Assembly (NCBI RefSeq): GCF_000315625.1
Contig: NW_005434515.1
Coordinates: 85,157-131,995, forward strand
Origin: Guillardia theta CCMP2712
Lineage: Eukaryota > Protista > Cryptophyta
DNA: 46,839 bases
Direction of reading: 5' to 3'
Under the pieces are notes generated by a model that ran no database searches, had not been told where the DNA came from, and saw nothing but the letters and a program-made list of their open reading frames with translations. Positions 1 through 11,501 of this stretch are shown piece after piece. Both the position numbers and the translations under genes were made by a program. The first letter of the stretch is position 1. The number at the start of each line of letters is the position of its first letter.

Positions 1-77
1 AAAGAGGAAAGGTTCCCGGAGTGGTTTAGACGGCAGGCCGCAACAGAAATTCTACGGTAGGGGCTCTACAGGAGTAC

Positions 78-534
78 CAGAAGGTAAAAAGTGCCTCAAG
101 CAAAACAAAGCAGGAACAAGCTGAACCGGCAGGTACACAGTCCACAGCGAGAAGCGCCGACCAAACGCCGCATCCTCAGTACTAATGGATTTACTGGCAG
201 AAGATAAAAAGTGCCTCAAGCAAAACAAAGCAGGAACAAGCTAAACCTCCTGGCACACAGCGCACAGCGAGAAGCTGCACAAACACACACAAAACACAAG
301 CCCGAAAAGAACCAGCACTGCTGGCACCCAGACGCGGCATCGCCAGCCCAAGCGCGAAGCCGCGCAGACAAGCAGCCGAAGGGCCAAGCAATCCAGCAAC
401 AAGCAGCAGGAGCATGCAGGAGGAAGAAAATCCCTTAGACGCGATACCCGGAGGCAGCCGACTGACCACTGTCAGTCGAGACGTCCGCTGCCGCCACAAA
501 GCGGGCGGCCGCGGACGGAGAAAGGGCAGCCGCC
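78..534. repeat. 457-bp direct repeat, copy 1, with an internal ~77-bp sub-repeat at 78 and 198
   Basis: Near-identical to 1124-1580 at a constant offset of 1046 (cagaaggtaaaaagtgcctc...ggcagccgcc). The ORF track shows duplicate peptides at 211..438 and 1257..1484. Confidence 0.95.
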
Positions 535-1123
535 GACAAGGAGCCGGCGTTGCCCGGCCCGGGGGGTCCGCCTGGCCCGGGCAGCGGACGGAGGGAGGCT
601 GGACACAGGAACACGGTAGTGCTTCAGCAAGAAGATCAGCGAAAGATTCAGCCCTGTAGATGCCGGAGCTCAGTATAGCCGAGTCAGCGGTAGCCGCCGC
701 AGGAATGCCCAAGGACCGGCGTGACCCGACCGATGCCGGCCCGGGACTCCCGAGGAAGCAGGCGAGCTCGGACCAGCAGCAAGCACCCCAGTGGTGTCGA
801 GCTCTCCGGAGGCACCCGACGTCACAGTGAGGGACGGAGACGCCTCGCCAGCTCCGCGCCGATCGTCGGCGCCACTCGAAGGGTGTCCCCCATCGGAGTC
901 GGAGACCCCCGGCGAAGACTCCTCCTCGGGCGACTCGACAAAGTCCGAGGAGGAGCTGTCCTCTGGCTCGAGAAGTGCTTGCGCCCGCAAGGGCGTCATG
1001 CGCCTCGCACCAGACAAGAGCGCCTCCAGCGTCAGCTGCATAGTGAGGCGCTGATAGGTGGCGGCACGTTTGCGAGCCAAGACCTCAGCAGCAGGGCCGT
1101 CATCAGGCACGAAGGTATAGGGG

Positions 1124-1580
1124 CAGAAGGTAAAAAGTGCCTCAAGCAAAACAAAGCAGGAACAAGCTGAACCGGCAGGTACACAGTCCACAGCGAGAAG
1201 CGCCGACCAAACGCCGCATCCTCAGTACTAATGGATTTACTGGCAGAAGATAAAAAGTGCCTCAAGCAAAACAAAGCAGGAACAAGCTGAACCTCCTGGC
1301 ACACAGCGCACAGCGAGAAGCTGCACAAACACACACAAAACACAAGCCCGAAAAGAACCAGCACTGCTGGCACCCAGACGCGGCATCGCCAGCCCAAGCG
1401 CGAAGCCGCGCAGACAAGCAGCCGAAGGGCCAAGCAATCAAGCAACAAGCAGCAGGAGCATGCAGGAGGAATAAAATCCCTTAGACGCGATACCCGGAGG
1501 CAGCCGACTGACCACTGTCAGTCGAGACGTCCGCTGCCGCCACAAAGCGGGCGTCCGCGGACGGAGAAAGGGCAGCCGCC
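1124..1580. repeat. 457-bp direct repeat, copy 2
   Basis: Matches 78-534 with only a few substitutions. Similarity ends after ggcagccgcc. Confidence 0.95.
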
Positions 1581-1815
1581 CTCGGGAAGCGGGGCGCCTC
1601 CAAGCCTTTCAGCTAAGCAGCTTCCAACGGCAAACGGACTCGAAGGGGTGGTACGGACTGTTGTGGATAAAAGAAGGGGTAGGGGTCCAAACGTTTTTGA
1701 ATAGGGAGGGGAGACATGTAGAAGAATGGAAGTAGATTGAGGGGTGGGGTATAGAGAAGAAGGGGTATTCACAACTGAGATTTTGTTGGTGGGGTAGGTG
1801 AGAGCGCAGGTGAAA

Positions 1816-2247
1816 ATGATGGGAGGCTTGAGAGGGAGGGCGAAGGAAGCGGCAGAGGAGGAGCGAGCGAAGGGCAACGCCAGGCTGTTAGCAAAGCTGC
1901 AGAAGATTGCAGACTCACCTTCGGTTCCTCCTCCTTACTCCCTTAGGGAGAAAAAAGCGTCTTCACAAGAAATCAACAGGAGGAGAAGGGCGGAAGAAAT
2001 TGCAAAGGAGAACATGGCGTTCGCGAAGCGACTTGAAGGAGTCAAATCTGCCACATTCGACCAGAAGACAATGAAGCATGATCAGGCAATGCAAGTCAGG
2101 TATCTCAAGAACGTTTCTCAGTTTCCTGTTATCGCCAAGGACTCGAAACCGAAACCCCAGAAGAAATCTATCCCCGGAAGGCCACCATGGTTCAAAGAAC
2201 TACCCGTGTCTCAGAAGGTCAGCGCGCGACCGGAATGGCAAAGTTGA
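1816..2247 (+). CDS. CFAP97/Hemingway (KIAA1430)-family small protein
   Basis: Uninterrupted ORF from ATG 1816. NARLLAKLQKI...SSQEINRRRRAEEIAKENMAFAKRLEGVKS...RYLKNVSQFP resembles the Hemingway/CFAP97 domain. Confidence 0.65.
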   Translation: MMGGLRGRAKEAAEEERAKGNARLLAKLQKIADSPSVPPPYSLREKKASSQEINRRRRAEEIAKENMAFAKRLEGVKSATFDQKTMKHDQAMQVRYLKNVSQFPVIAKDSKPKPQKKSIPGRPPWFKELPVSQKVSARPEWQS

Positions 2248-2277
2248 GGAGGGAGGAGGGAGAAATCGTTGTGTATT

Positions 2278-5200
2278 TTACTTGCCAGTAAGCGTATTAT
2301 GCACTTGTTTAGAGAACAAAGAATTCGCTTTGAGGGTTTGCGTTGACTGTAGATGTAGTTTGCCTTCATTACACATGTAGTTTGTTTCAATGAAACTTCT
2401 TGACTGCATGTCCATGTGCAGCTAAGATGAAGTCTTCTCCCTCACGGCCGGGCTTACCTGGAAGCTTTGCTCCTCAACAGGCCTGCCATACGTCTGATTG
2501 ACATGTGTGATGTCGTAAGAGCTTTCCAAAGTGGAGAACCCGATCTGATGGAGGGTGTGAGGGCACTGACATTCTGTTCCCTTTCTCTTAACCTGCCGCC
2601 TCGTCAAGCTCGCGCTGTGCAACGTCTGCCCGAGTTCGCTTTCCTTGGCAGTCAAATCTGGGGGGAGTCATGGGATAGGGCACTGCAACAGCGACTTCAC
2701 CTGCCAGCCCCTCCAGCTGAGACCTGAGCGCATCGATGTCCTTCTGTACCATCTTACGGCTCTTGGAGGCATCTTCTGCATCACGGCTGAAAGAGGAGGG
2801 GTCCATACCGCTCATGCTCTCAGCAATCGAAATGGCTCGCACCTGCGCCGCAAGTTGACAGGCGGACGGGGGAGAGAGGAGAACCTGGTAGGCATGCAGG
2901 AAGCCAACCTCGCTTTCAAGGTTGTTGAGGGTGCTCAGACAAGCACGGAGTTCAGGTTCCACGAGCTCTCTGATCTGAGCAGCGACGAACTTGAGCTTGT
3001 CATAGGCCTCCTGATGCACCCGCGTCTGTTCGAATGCCTTGCCCTTGTCAGCTTGCAACCTCGTTACCATCCCCTGCTGACAGTCAGACAAGTCAAGGGG
3101 CTGTGAACAAGCAGATGCCTCGAGGCCGCTCATCTGCTCTTGAATGCGAGCTATCTGTTCATCTTTGACTGTGACAACCTCTTGCAACTCAGACTTCAAT
3201 CGCTGAAGATGCTCCGCTTTCAGCAGCTTCTGATGCTCTATCTCCTCTTCGTGTCTTCTCTCTATCTCTGTTATGATCTTCTTGTACGCTCCCTCAGTCT
3301 CCGTCTTGGCTCTCGCCTTCGCCTCCTACTCTGGGAGTCAGCTCGCGCTCAACTGGCGAACTATTTCTCTTCACTCACCTCGGCCGCTTTAGCAGCGATC
3401 GCTGAGTTGCTTTCACGGAGAGCTTGTCGTTCACGTTGTAGCATTTCCTAGGGAGACATCAGACCCGCAGCATCTCGGCTTGTCATCGCACCTTTCTCTC
3501 CTCCACTTCTTTGAGTTGCGTCTTCAGCCTTTGACATTCAATCTCAAACTTTCTGCCGCCAGCGCTTGCTTCTGAGAGTGATTTATGGAAAGCTGTTGCC
3601 GTCAGGTCACTGATCGGACCATGCAAAATAGCAGATTTGATCAGTCTTCCACAGATGCCTTTCTTCAGTTTGCTGTCTTGATTTGAACACTACAAACTGG
3701 TCACTGTTGGCAACAAACATCCACCACCACTCACTTGATCTACGAGCTCCGTCGCCAGCATCTTTCCTGTTCGGAAGGAAGTCTTGGTGTCTCCATGGTC
3801 AGGCAGCACGCTACCAAATTTGACGCAGGTGGCTCCTTCTGTGCCAACATGACAGAGCACTTCGATCGCTTCTTCGGGCGTGTGCAGAGCGACGGACAAG
3901 CCGTGAAGGAGTTTTGACGCGAGCACGTTCCTGCCGAGTCAATCATTGCCCGCACCTCAGCCTTTGACCTCACCGCGAGTCTGACTCGATCGCGCTGGAG
4001 GAATGCTCTACATTTAGCTTGAGCTCCACCACGAACGGATGCTCGAACAACTCAGCCATCGTCTCGGCAAGCTGCAGGCTCAGTCATCCGAGGAGCAGAC
4101 ATTGTTTCCCACCTGCTCCTCCAGGTCGTTCACTGTCTGTCGGAATTCTCGTTGGCCTCTCTCGAGGGTAGAGCAGCGATGCTCCATCGACATGACCTTC
4201 TCCTGCGCTCGCTGCTCCTTGTCCTCTTTGTCTCTCAGCAGTAACTTGGTGGCCTTCAGTTCCTCCTTGAGTGTTTCCCGTGCGTCAGTCGCAGCAGGGA
4301 AGTTGGAGTCTCACTTGGAGCTTGAGGAGATGCTCATGGGCTCCCTGTTTGACCAACGTGAGTCAGGCAATGCGTGGGCGCCCTGTGCTACCTTGTGGTC
4401 TTCACTCAAGCCCGAGCCCGAGCCCGCCTTGATCTCTCTTACATCGGCTCTCCCTGGCGAGGTTGTGCGATGCACTTTGTGCAGCTACAACCTTTTAGTC
4501 AAGTGCAAGGGCTTGCTTCATGTGCTTTCACCTCCTGATGCGCCTGATCCAGGTTGACAATGGCCTGACGAAACTTGGAAGCAGAGGAGCTGAGCTGATC
4601 CCTGAGCTGCCCAATCTCTGCGCTTAGACTTGTTTGTAAGTTGAGATCCACATGTTCAATCTCCTGTCAAGCACTCAACATGCAATGTCAAGCATCACAG
4701 TCCATTACAGCAATAAGGGAGAAGAGCTTCGAGAAGAAGATGTTTTCTAGTTCCAAGTCTCCGTCTGCATTCATGAACTAGACAGGATCATCGCAGTGCC
4801 CCCATCCCCCTCCTCCCCTCACACCTGTCGTGAAAGCCGCTTGACGCGTTCGAATATGTCGTGCTTGGATCTGAGAGACCCCACATCGACCCTCGGAATC
4901 TCCAGCTCGACAACCTGGCAGGAGACTCTAAGGCAGGCAAGCGGCACAGGGTAAAATTCGCACCTCGTTGGTCAAAACCTTGTGGAGGTGAATTGAAACA
5001 AGCTCTCCAACCTCGTCGCTCTCAGACAAGGCTTGCAAGACCGTCTGCGAGGACACGTTCTTTCCATCCACCATCAAGATTACATCTCCTCTCGAAACTT
5101 TGCCGCTTGCTGAAGCAGGGCTTCCCTCAATCACTTCAGCCACCTGCAAGAGCCGCACTACAAGTCAAACTCCCTGACTCGAGAGGCAGCGAGCTGCTTG

Positions 5201-7253
5201 CCGCGTTTCCATTCACAATGATCCCCAATGCAGTCTTGTTCCTTGTGCCATCGTACGATGAGGCTGCTCGAGTGCAAGTCAGTCGCAGCCCCTCCAAGGG
5301 TCAACGCTCACCGTCTGCCTTGTTCGAGGAGGGCCAGATGCAGTCCTCCATGACCTTGAGGGCTGCTTCGCCGATCTTCGCAAAGGCGTCATGGAGGATG
5401 TCGCTCGAGGGGAGGGGACCTTGGATAAGTGCTCGCTGCCGTCTTGAGGAGCGAGCTTGTGTTCGCCCATGGAGCTGCACATGGTCAGGAATTCTTCGTG
5501 GGTTCTCAGTCGCAGTCGCTTCGCTTCCTCTGCAGTAGCCTCTGCCTGTCGCAGCTGAATGCGAGACCACGTCACACTCTTGGTCTTGCATGTGCGCGAA
5601 TAAGAGACGCACCGCTTGCTGGAGCTGACGGATCGAATTCTTGGCTTCAACCAGTTCAGCTGAGCTTGCTTCTATCCTCTTCTCAAAGTCTCGGCGCTCC
5701 AATTGCTTCTCGCCTTCAAGCGTGGCAGCCTTAGTGACAGCTGCTTCGATCTGACTCATCAAGGCCTGCTTCTCCTGGGAGAGCTGCTGCTGCAGACTTC
5801 GAAACTTGGAGTCAGGAACTGAAGAAGACCGGAGAGCGTCAAGCTCTTTCTCTGCACTGAGAAGTCGTCGATGTAAAGCCTCTTCTCTCCTGGTTGCAGC
5901 CGATTCAATCTTCTGTCGTTGCTCGAGCTGCTCTGTCATTGCATCTGCATGATCTTTCATACTCTGTTCATACTTGTCCCGTTCGCCTCGCAGTTGATCT
6001 CTCAGTTTCTTGTTGTCACTTTCTGCCTCACGCACTTCTTCTCTCATCTGCACGGTGTGATCGGTTTCTGCGAGGAAGGGAAGCAACCACCTTGTCTCTT
6101 GTCATCCTCCATTCACTTTCTGACCGCTTGTGCTCCTCGAGAGATTCGAAATGCTTCATCTTGAGTTCTTCGACCTGCAACTCCCACGCGTCATCAAAGC
6201 AACTCGAGACAAGACGGCACCATGTGAAGCAAGTCGTTGGTTTCTTTCTTCAGTGAGTCTTGCGTTCTCTTGGATTCTTCTTGAATGGACATGACTTCAT
6301 TCTCACAAGTCTTTAACCTCTGGGTGAGCTTTGTCGAGAGGTTCTGAGAATTGAAGAGTGAATCCTCAAGTTCCCTGACTTGAGCGATCAATTTTTCATT
6401 GTGTTCCTTGAAGTTTGCATTCTCAGTTTCCAAGTCTTTCTGTCTCTTCTCCATGCAAGCAATAGCCTCCTCAAGAGAGGATTCCTTCCTTTGTCTTTCT
6501 CGTGAAGTTTCATCCATATTCGTGATCATGTCATTCGTCCTACTTTGAGCCACTTCCAGCTCTCGGATCTGATCAAATCATGACTACATGTTCAACATCA
6601 ATCTCCTCACCTGGTCGTTCTTCTCTATCAGCTCTGCTTGTAATCGTTCAAATGAAATCCGTATCTCTATCTCACGATTCTTGGCGGTCTCGGCTATTTT
6701 TTCGAATTCGCTGATCTTTTTCAAATCTTCTCTAAGCTCTTCGTTTTCGCCTTCAAGATGTGGTACAGTTAGCCTTGGAAGCCGCTGAGTGAAAAGATTC
6801 AGACCTTGCAATCGTTTCATTTCGTCATGGTAATATCGCCTGTTGCGATCAATCTCTTCCTGGAGACATCCTTCACTTCCTCTTGCCTCCCCTCATCGCT
6901 TCTCAACTTGCCTGTGCGGCGTCCAATCTATTCTGGAGAGCAAGGCAAGAGCTCTCAGAGCCTCTAAGAGCCTCTAAACGCTGCGACGTCTCTTCATTTT
7001 GATCCCTGAGATCTTTGTTTTCTCGTCTTAGTTTTGCAATCAATCCCATCATATCCGCATTTGCTGCTTGCTCTCGCAGCTCCCTCTCTCTCTGCATGGA
7101 TCGATTTAGCTGCTCCTCTGCTGTCCGATGCTGGTTTTGCAAGAACTTGATCTGCGCTTGAAGCGAGCGGAGAAGTGTTCTGTCGTGATCAGTGCCTGAC
7201 TGCTCCGTGTCTTGTCGAGCATCGCTGGTGGTGTGAGAGATGTTGGCAGCCAT
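2278..7253 (-). CDS. Large multi-exon coiled-coil protein with a central PDZ-like domain (3' end uncertain, 2278 or 2422)
   Basis: A chain of minus-strand E/Q/K/L-rich exons (6903-7253, 6584-6820, 6194-6553, 5301-6086, 2588-3199) is separated by short introns. PDZ-like segment at ~4960-5235: TALGIIVNGNA|VAEVIEGSPASASGKVSRGDVILMVDGKNV. Confidence 0.75.
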
Positions 7254-7510
7254 CGCAGCTCCACTCCACCTCCTGTCACAGCATGCGGCTCACTAAGTAG
7301 AATGCAGGTTCCCAACCAGCAGTCAATGCACATTGATCCCTCTATCTGCTTGAGTAGTACCTTTCTCTTTCTTCCAAAGTGAGGCAGAAGAACAGAGTGA
7401 TATGTGCATTTACCTCCCTCCTCCCTTTCTTCCGTTTCCCTTCTCTATCTTTTGTCTTCGCAACCTTCACTCCTCTCCCCTCCCCTCCCCTCCCCCCTTC
7501 CTCCCCTCCC

Positions 7511-7575
7511 CTCCTCTCCTCTCCTCTCCTCTCCTCTCCTCTCCTCTCCTCTCCTCTCCTCTCCTCTCCTCTCCT
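7511..7575. repeat. (CTCCT)n microsatellite
   Basis: About 13 perfect copies. Confidence 0.95.
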
Positions 7576-8277
7576 TTCTCTTCACCTGCATTGTGTCAAT
7601 CTGATCGTCTCTCGTGTCCAGTTCTATCGCCTCGAATGCTTCCTGTCTTCTGTCTGCTGTCTCCCTGTCTTCTGTCTGCTGTGCTCCGCTCTCCTCTCCT
7701 CTCCTCTTCTCTGCTACTCCTCTTCCCTTGTGTCATGGTAGGTCTATTGTGGGGAACTACTGGTGAAGTCTCAGCAACAAGGGTGGGGTACTTACTGGAA
7801 TGTAAGAGGGTGGGGGTAGTTGAATGGAGCGGATCCGAGGCTCCGATCCTCAGCGAGTGCCAACTGACGGGACGCGACTGACGTACCGGGCCCGGCCAGG
7901 TACTGGGCCCTGGCTCCCGGAGTCCGACGGTCCTCAGCCAACGGTCCGGCGGCCTCGGAGTCGCCAGCCAGGCTGCGCGGTGCTTCGCCGGGCGGGGGCC
8001 CATTCCGGCGAAAGTCACAGAAGACTCCCGGATCACTGAGACATCTATCGGATGCCTGACACGATGTTCACCCACAGTGCCACGGACGGCGCGGCCCCGG
8101 GTGGCCCCTGGGCCGCCGGCCCGGCCGCGGCCCGGAACCGTGGCGTGCCGGGCAGGAAACGTTGTCAACCACCGGCAGGGGGGCCTACCTGCTTGCTCGT
8201 AACCGTTTACTATATGGCGGCAATGGCGAGACGCGGTGAGGAGAGAGCGCGCGTGAGTGAGAGACAGAGAGGAGGCT

Positions 8278-8360
8278 GAGGGAGAGGGAGAGGGAGAGGG
8301 AGAGGGAGAGGGAGAGGGAGAGGGAGAGGGAGAGGGAGAGGGAGAGGGAGAGGGAGAGGG
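8278..8360. repeat. (GAGAGG)n microsatellite
   Basis: Perfect hexamer run. Confidence 0.95.
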
Positions 8361-8551
8361 CACAAAGGAGGAAGAGGGGAGCAAGTGATCAGGGTGCGCA
8401 GACGACCAATATCCCAAAGGAGGAAAGTTCATCGGAGCTTGAACACGCTTTAACCATCACGGCAATGGAGCTGCACCGATACTGAAAGCACGTTGAAGTA
8501 ACCTTACGAGGATTCGAAGTCTTCGTTCCACGGCGAGTCATCGAGCTTTGT

Positions 8552-11396
8552 ATGGACGGCGGAAAGGAGGACAGCAAATCACGGCTTTTGTCTTGTGATA
8601 CCATGCAGGGTCACGATGACACAAGTCAACTCACCGTCATTGAGGAGGTTCAACACAAAATTTTCAGCAGCAATAGCAGCGCTGTCGAAGATGTCGCAAA
8701 CCCCGAGGTAGAGCGCTTGGGCAGGATGATGATACCCCATCTCCTTGAGATCTTGCGATACGACGCGACTTCAGTTGCAGGACAAGAGGAGGGCAATGCA
8801 GAGAAAGAAGAGTCAGAGTCCGAGAGAGAGAGAGAGAACGAAGTCTCTGTTTCCCTCGTTGTCAGTTATTCTCAATCTTCTGCCATGCCGTCTATTCTCA
8901 AAGTTTCTTTGCTTCAACACAAGGGGCCCAACCAAGGCAAAGATGGTCACTCTCAGACCCTTTTGTCCTCCTCGCTGCCGAGCGCGCTTGCCCCTGCTCC
9001 TCTTCAATCTGGAGGCAAAGACTACCATCCATCGCCTCGTTCGCCTCGCTCTCCTCAATCTGCGCATCTCTCCCCGTCAAGGCAGCGGCCGGGCGTGAGT
9101 CCCAGGCACGCGAGGTGAGGGCGGGAGCTCAACTTGTCTCTCTCACACGCACGCAGACCTGCGAGTTGGGGGCTGCGGCACGAAATCGACCTGCAGGTGA
9201 GGGCGATCGCGCGGCATCCGATCCATCTGATCCCTGCTAGCGCAACGGCTCTCTCCTCGATTTTCAAGCTGGAAGCGAGGTTCCTACCCTTCGATCGGCT
9301 CAGCTCGTTCATCCCGGGAGCTCTGGTGAAGGAGGATGTGCGAGATGCAAGACGGTTCTGACGCCTCCCGCAGTCACCTGGAGGATCAAGTTGACGTCTA
9401 TAGGACGCAAGTTCGCCTCCAGGTTCGGGGTGATCGCGCATGACTTGAAGGCGAAGACAGACTGGTGGCTCCTGTCCTCCCCTTCGCTTGTCATCACTCT
9501 GGGCGTGGCAGGTGTCAGAACTCGTGCGGTGGCAGGGCCTGGTACCTGACCTCCCTCGGCTTCTTCAACGGAGCCACTGCCGTCAACGCCGAGAAGATTC
9601 CTCTGCGAGCTCAAGACGTGCTGGGATGTCACCTGACGTGGGGCAGAGACAGAGAGAGAGGGTAAGCAGGCGGGCCCGCGCGCTGGTCGTGAGTCTCGTC
9701 CAGGCGCCTTCGCTTCTCGCTCAACGGGAGGATGCTTCACGCGGAGATCTCCGAGATCCGAGGGCCTGTCTTCTTCGCTTGCCAGCTCCTCAACCGAGGA
9801 GACAGGTGGGCTTGTGTTGGTGACCTCTCGACCTGACGGCCCGGCAGCGTTCAGTTCCTGGCCGAGGAAGTGCAAGAGGTGGAGGACTGCAGGCCTCCTG
9901 TCCAGCAGCAAGATTCTCCACACAGCATCGAGTGCACAACTCAAGACGCAGATAGAGATGCTCCACCCAGACATGAAGACTCAAGCGAGCAAGAAAAAGC
10001 GACATCAGCAGAGCTTGAAATATTGAAGGCAGAGAGAGAATATTACCTGTCAATGATGTCAAGACTTGCAAACGATGTCTCCAAGTGGAAAGACTCTTTG
10101 AACATCTCGAACGTTCAGAAGCAGATCAAAAGCTTGGAGCAGGAAGTAGCTCGCAACAGTATCCGTCAGTCTCAACATGCCAAGGAGATTGCGAGGCACG
10201 CCAACATGAAGAATTATTTGCTGAATCGGATCAAGATGTCTGAGTCAAAGGTGCAGAAATTCATCAACCAGGAGGTTCAACACAAGTTGGCGATGAGCAA
10301 CGACGTGTCGCCGCGTTACAGCAAGTCTGGTCGCCTCCTCTTTCACTCTCCTCTTGACTCCTCAGCCACCTCAAAGACGCCGAGCAGACCTCGGAGGCCC
10401 CGCAGGAAGTCGGAAGAGAAGCATCGTCTAGGTGAGCCATCGCCTGCTGGGCTCGCGCTGAGAGTCGTCAGATGAGTTCCAGCACTTGATCGAGCAGGAG
10501 CGCTCGAGCATGTCGTCGCGGCCGATGAGGTTTGGCTGCACGTTTCCCTCCTGCTCGCTGACGGCTGGGGCAGTGCACGGACGAGGCCGTTGATCAACCC
10601 CTTCGACATGGAGAGGCGCATAGGACAGACGTCAAGAACGCCCGAGGAGAAGAGGATCTTCCGCTTGGCCTCACGGCCTGAGCTCAGCCCCGAGCTGGAG
10701 GACGGCAAGGCAGAGTCGATCACCCACAGCAGGGAGGAGGAGGCAGAAGCTTTCTTGAGGAGCGTCCGCGATGGCGACACCAGCAAGTGCCTCAGTCTTA
10801 TCACCAACGTCAACAGCAGCGAGCAGAGGCAGAGGCTTGCCTCTCAAGCCCTCCCCCTCTGCGTGAAGCATGGCAACGAGGAGCTGTGCAGCAAGTTGGC
10901 CCCCTTGAGCAGCAAGCAGGGGCTGAACCTGTCCTTGTTTTGCGCCGCTCAGTTCGGGCATGTCGGGTTGATGAGACTAGTGGTTGAGTTCGGGGCTGAG
11001 ATCCACGCGAGGAATGCCGACGAGGCGACTCCTCTCATCCTCGCCTCCTTCCACGGCAACTTGGACTGCATCGCCGAGCTGCTTCGAGCTCGAGCTGACG
11101 TGAACGCCTGTGACGCGGACAAGTACACGTCGCTGATGTGGGCTGCCTTCAAGGGGAGGCGAGAAGCTGCAGTCTACCTCATCGAGCACGGGGCGGACAT
11201 GAGCGTCAAGTCCAAGGAAGGGAACTCGGCCCTCACCTACGCGGCATACAGCGGATGCGAGGAGCTCGTTGACTTCATGCTTGATCGAGGGGTGACGGTC
11301 GACAGCAACAGCAGCGGCTTGAGCGCTGCTGACATTGCCGCACGTCAGGGCCACCGAGGAATAGAGGAGAAGATCAGGAGGACACTGGAGTCGTGA
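8552..11396 (+). CDS. Multi-exon protein: low-complexity N-terminus, SPRY/B30.2-like domain, coiled coil, C-terminal ankyrin repeats (start uncertain)
   Basis: Manual splicing of GT-AG introns joins FTWRIKLTSIG...FGVI...AWYLTSLGFFNG...QDVLGCHLTW...RLRFSLNGR...RGPVFFACQL...GDSVQF (SPRY-like) to ORF 9870-10475. The last exon has TPLILASFHGN, TSLMWAAFKG and SALTYAAYSG (ankyrin). Confidence 0.75.
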
Positions 11397-11501
11397 CAGA
11401 GAGAAGCCAAGAAAGAGCCGTAGGGGAGAGGGAGGAGAGCAGAGAGGAGTGGGTGTGGAGCTAATTTACAAGTGAAAGAATACAGCGAATCATTTCCAGT
11501 C

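Noticed and set aside
1070-1115. Hammerhead ribozyme (minus-strand CTGATGA)
   Set aside because: There is no correctly placed GAAA core and I could not find supporting stems.
78-1580. Canonical LTR retrotransposon or TRIM
   Set aside because: There are no TG...CA termini on either strand, and no evident PBS, PPT or target-site duplication.
7379-8432. Pro/Ser/Leu-rich ORFs (7379..7741, 7402..7881, 7596..8432)
   Set aside because: They are artefacts of (CTCCT)n and (GAGAGG)n microsatellites and GC-rich intergenic DNA.
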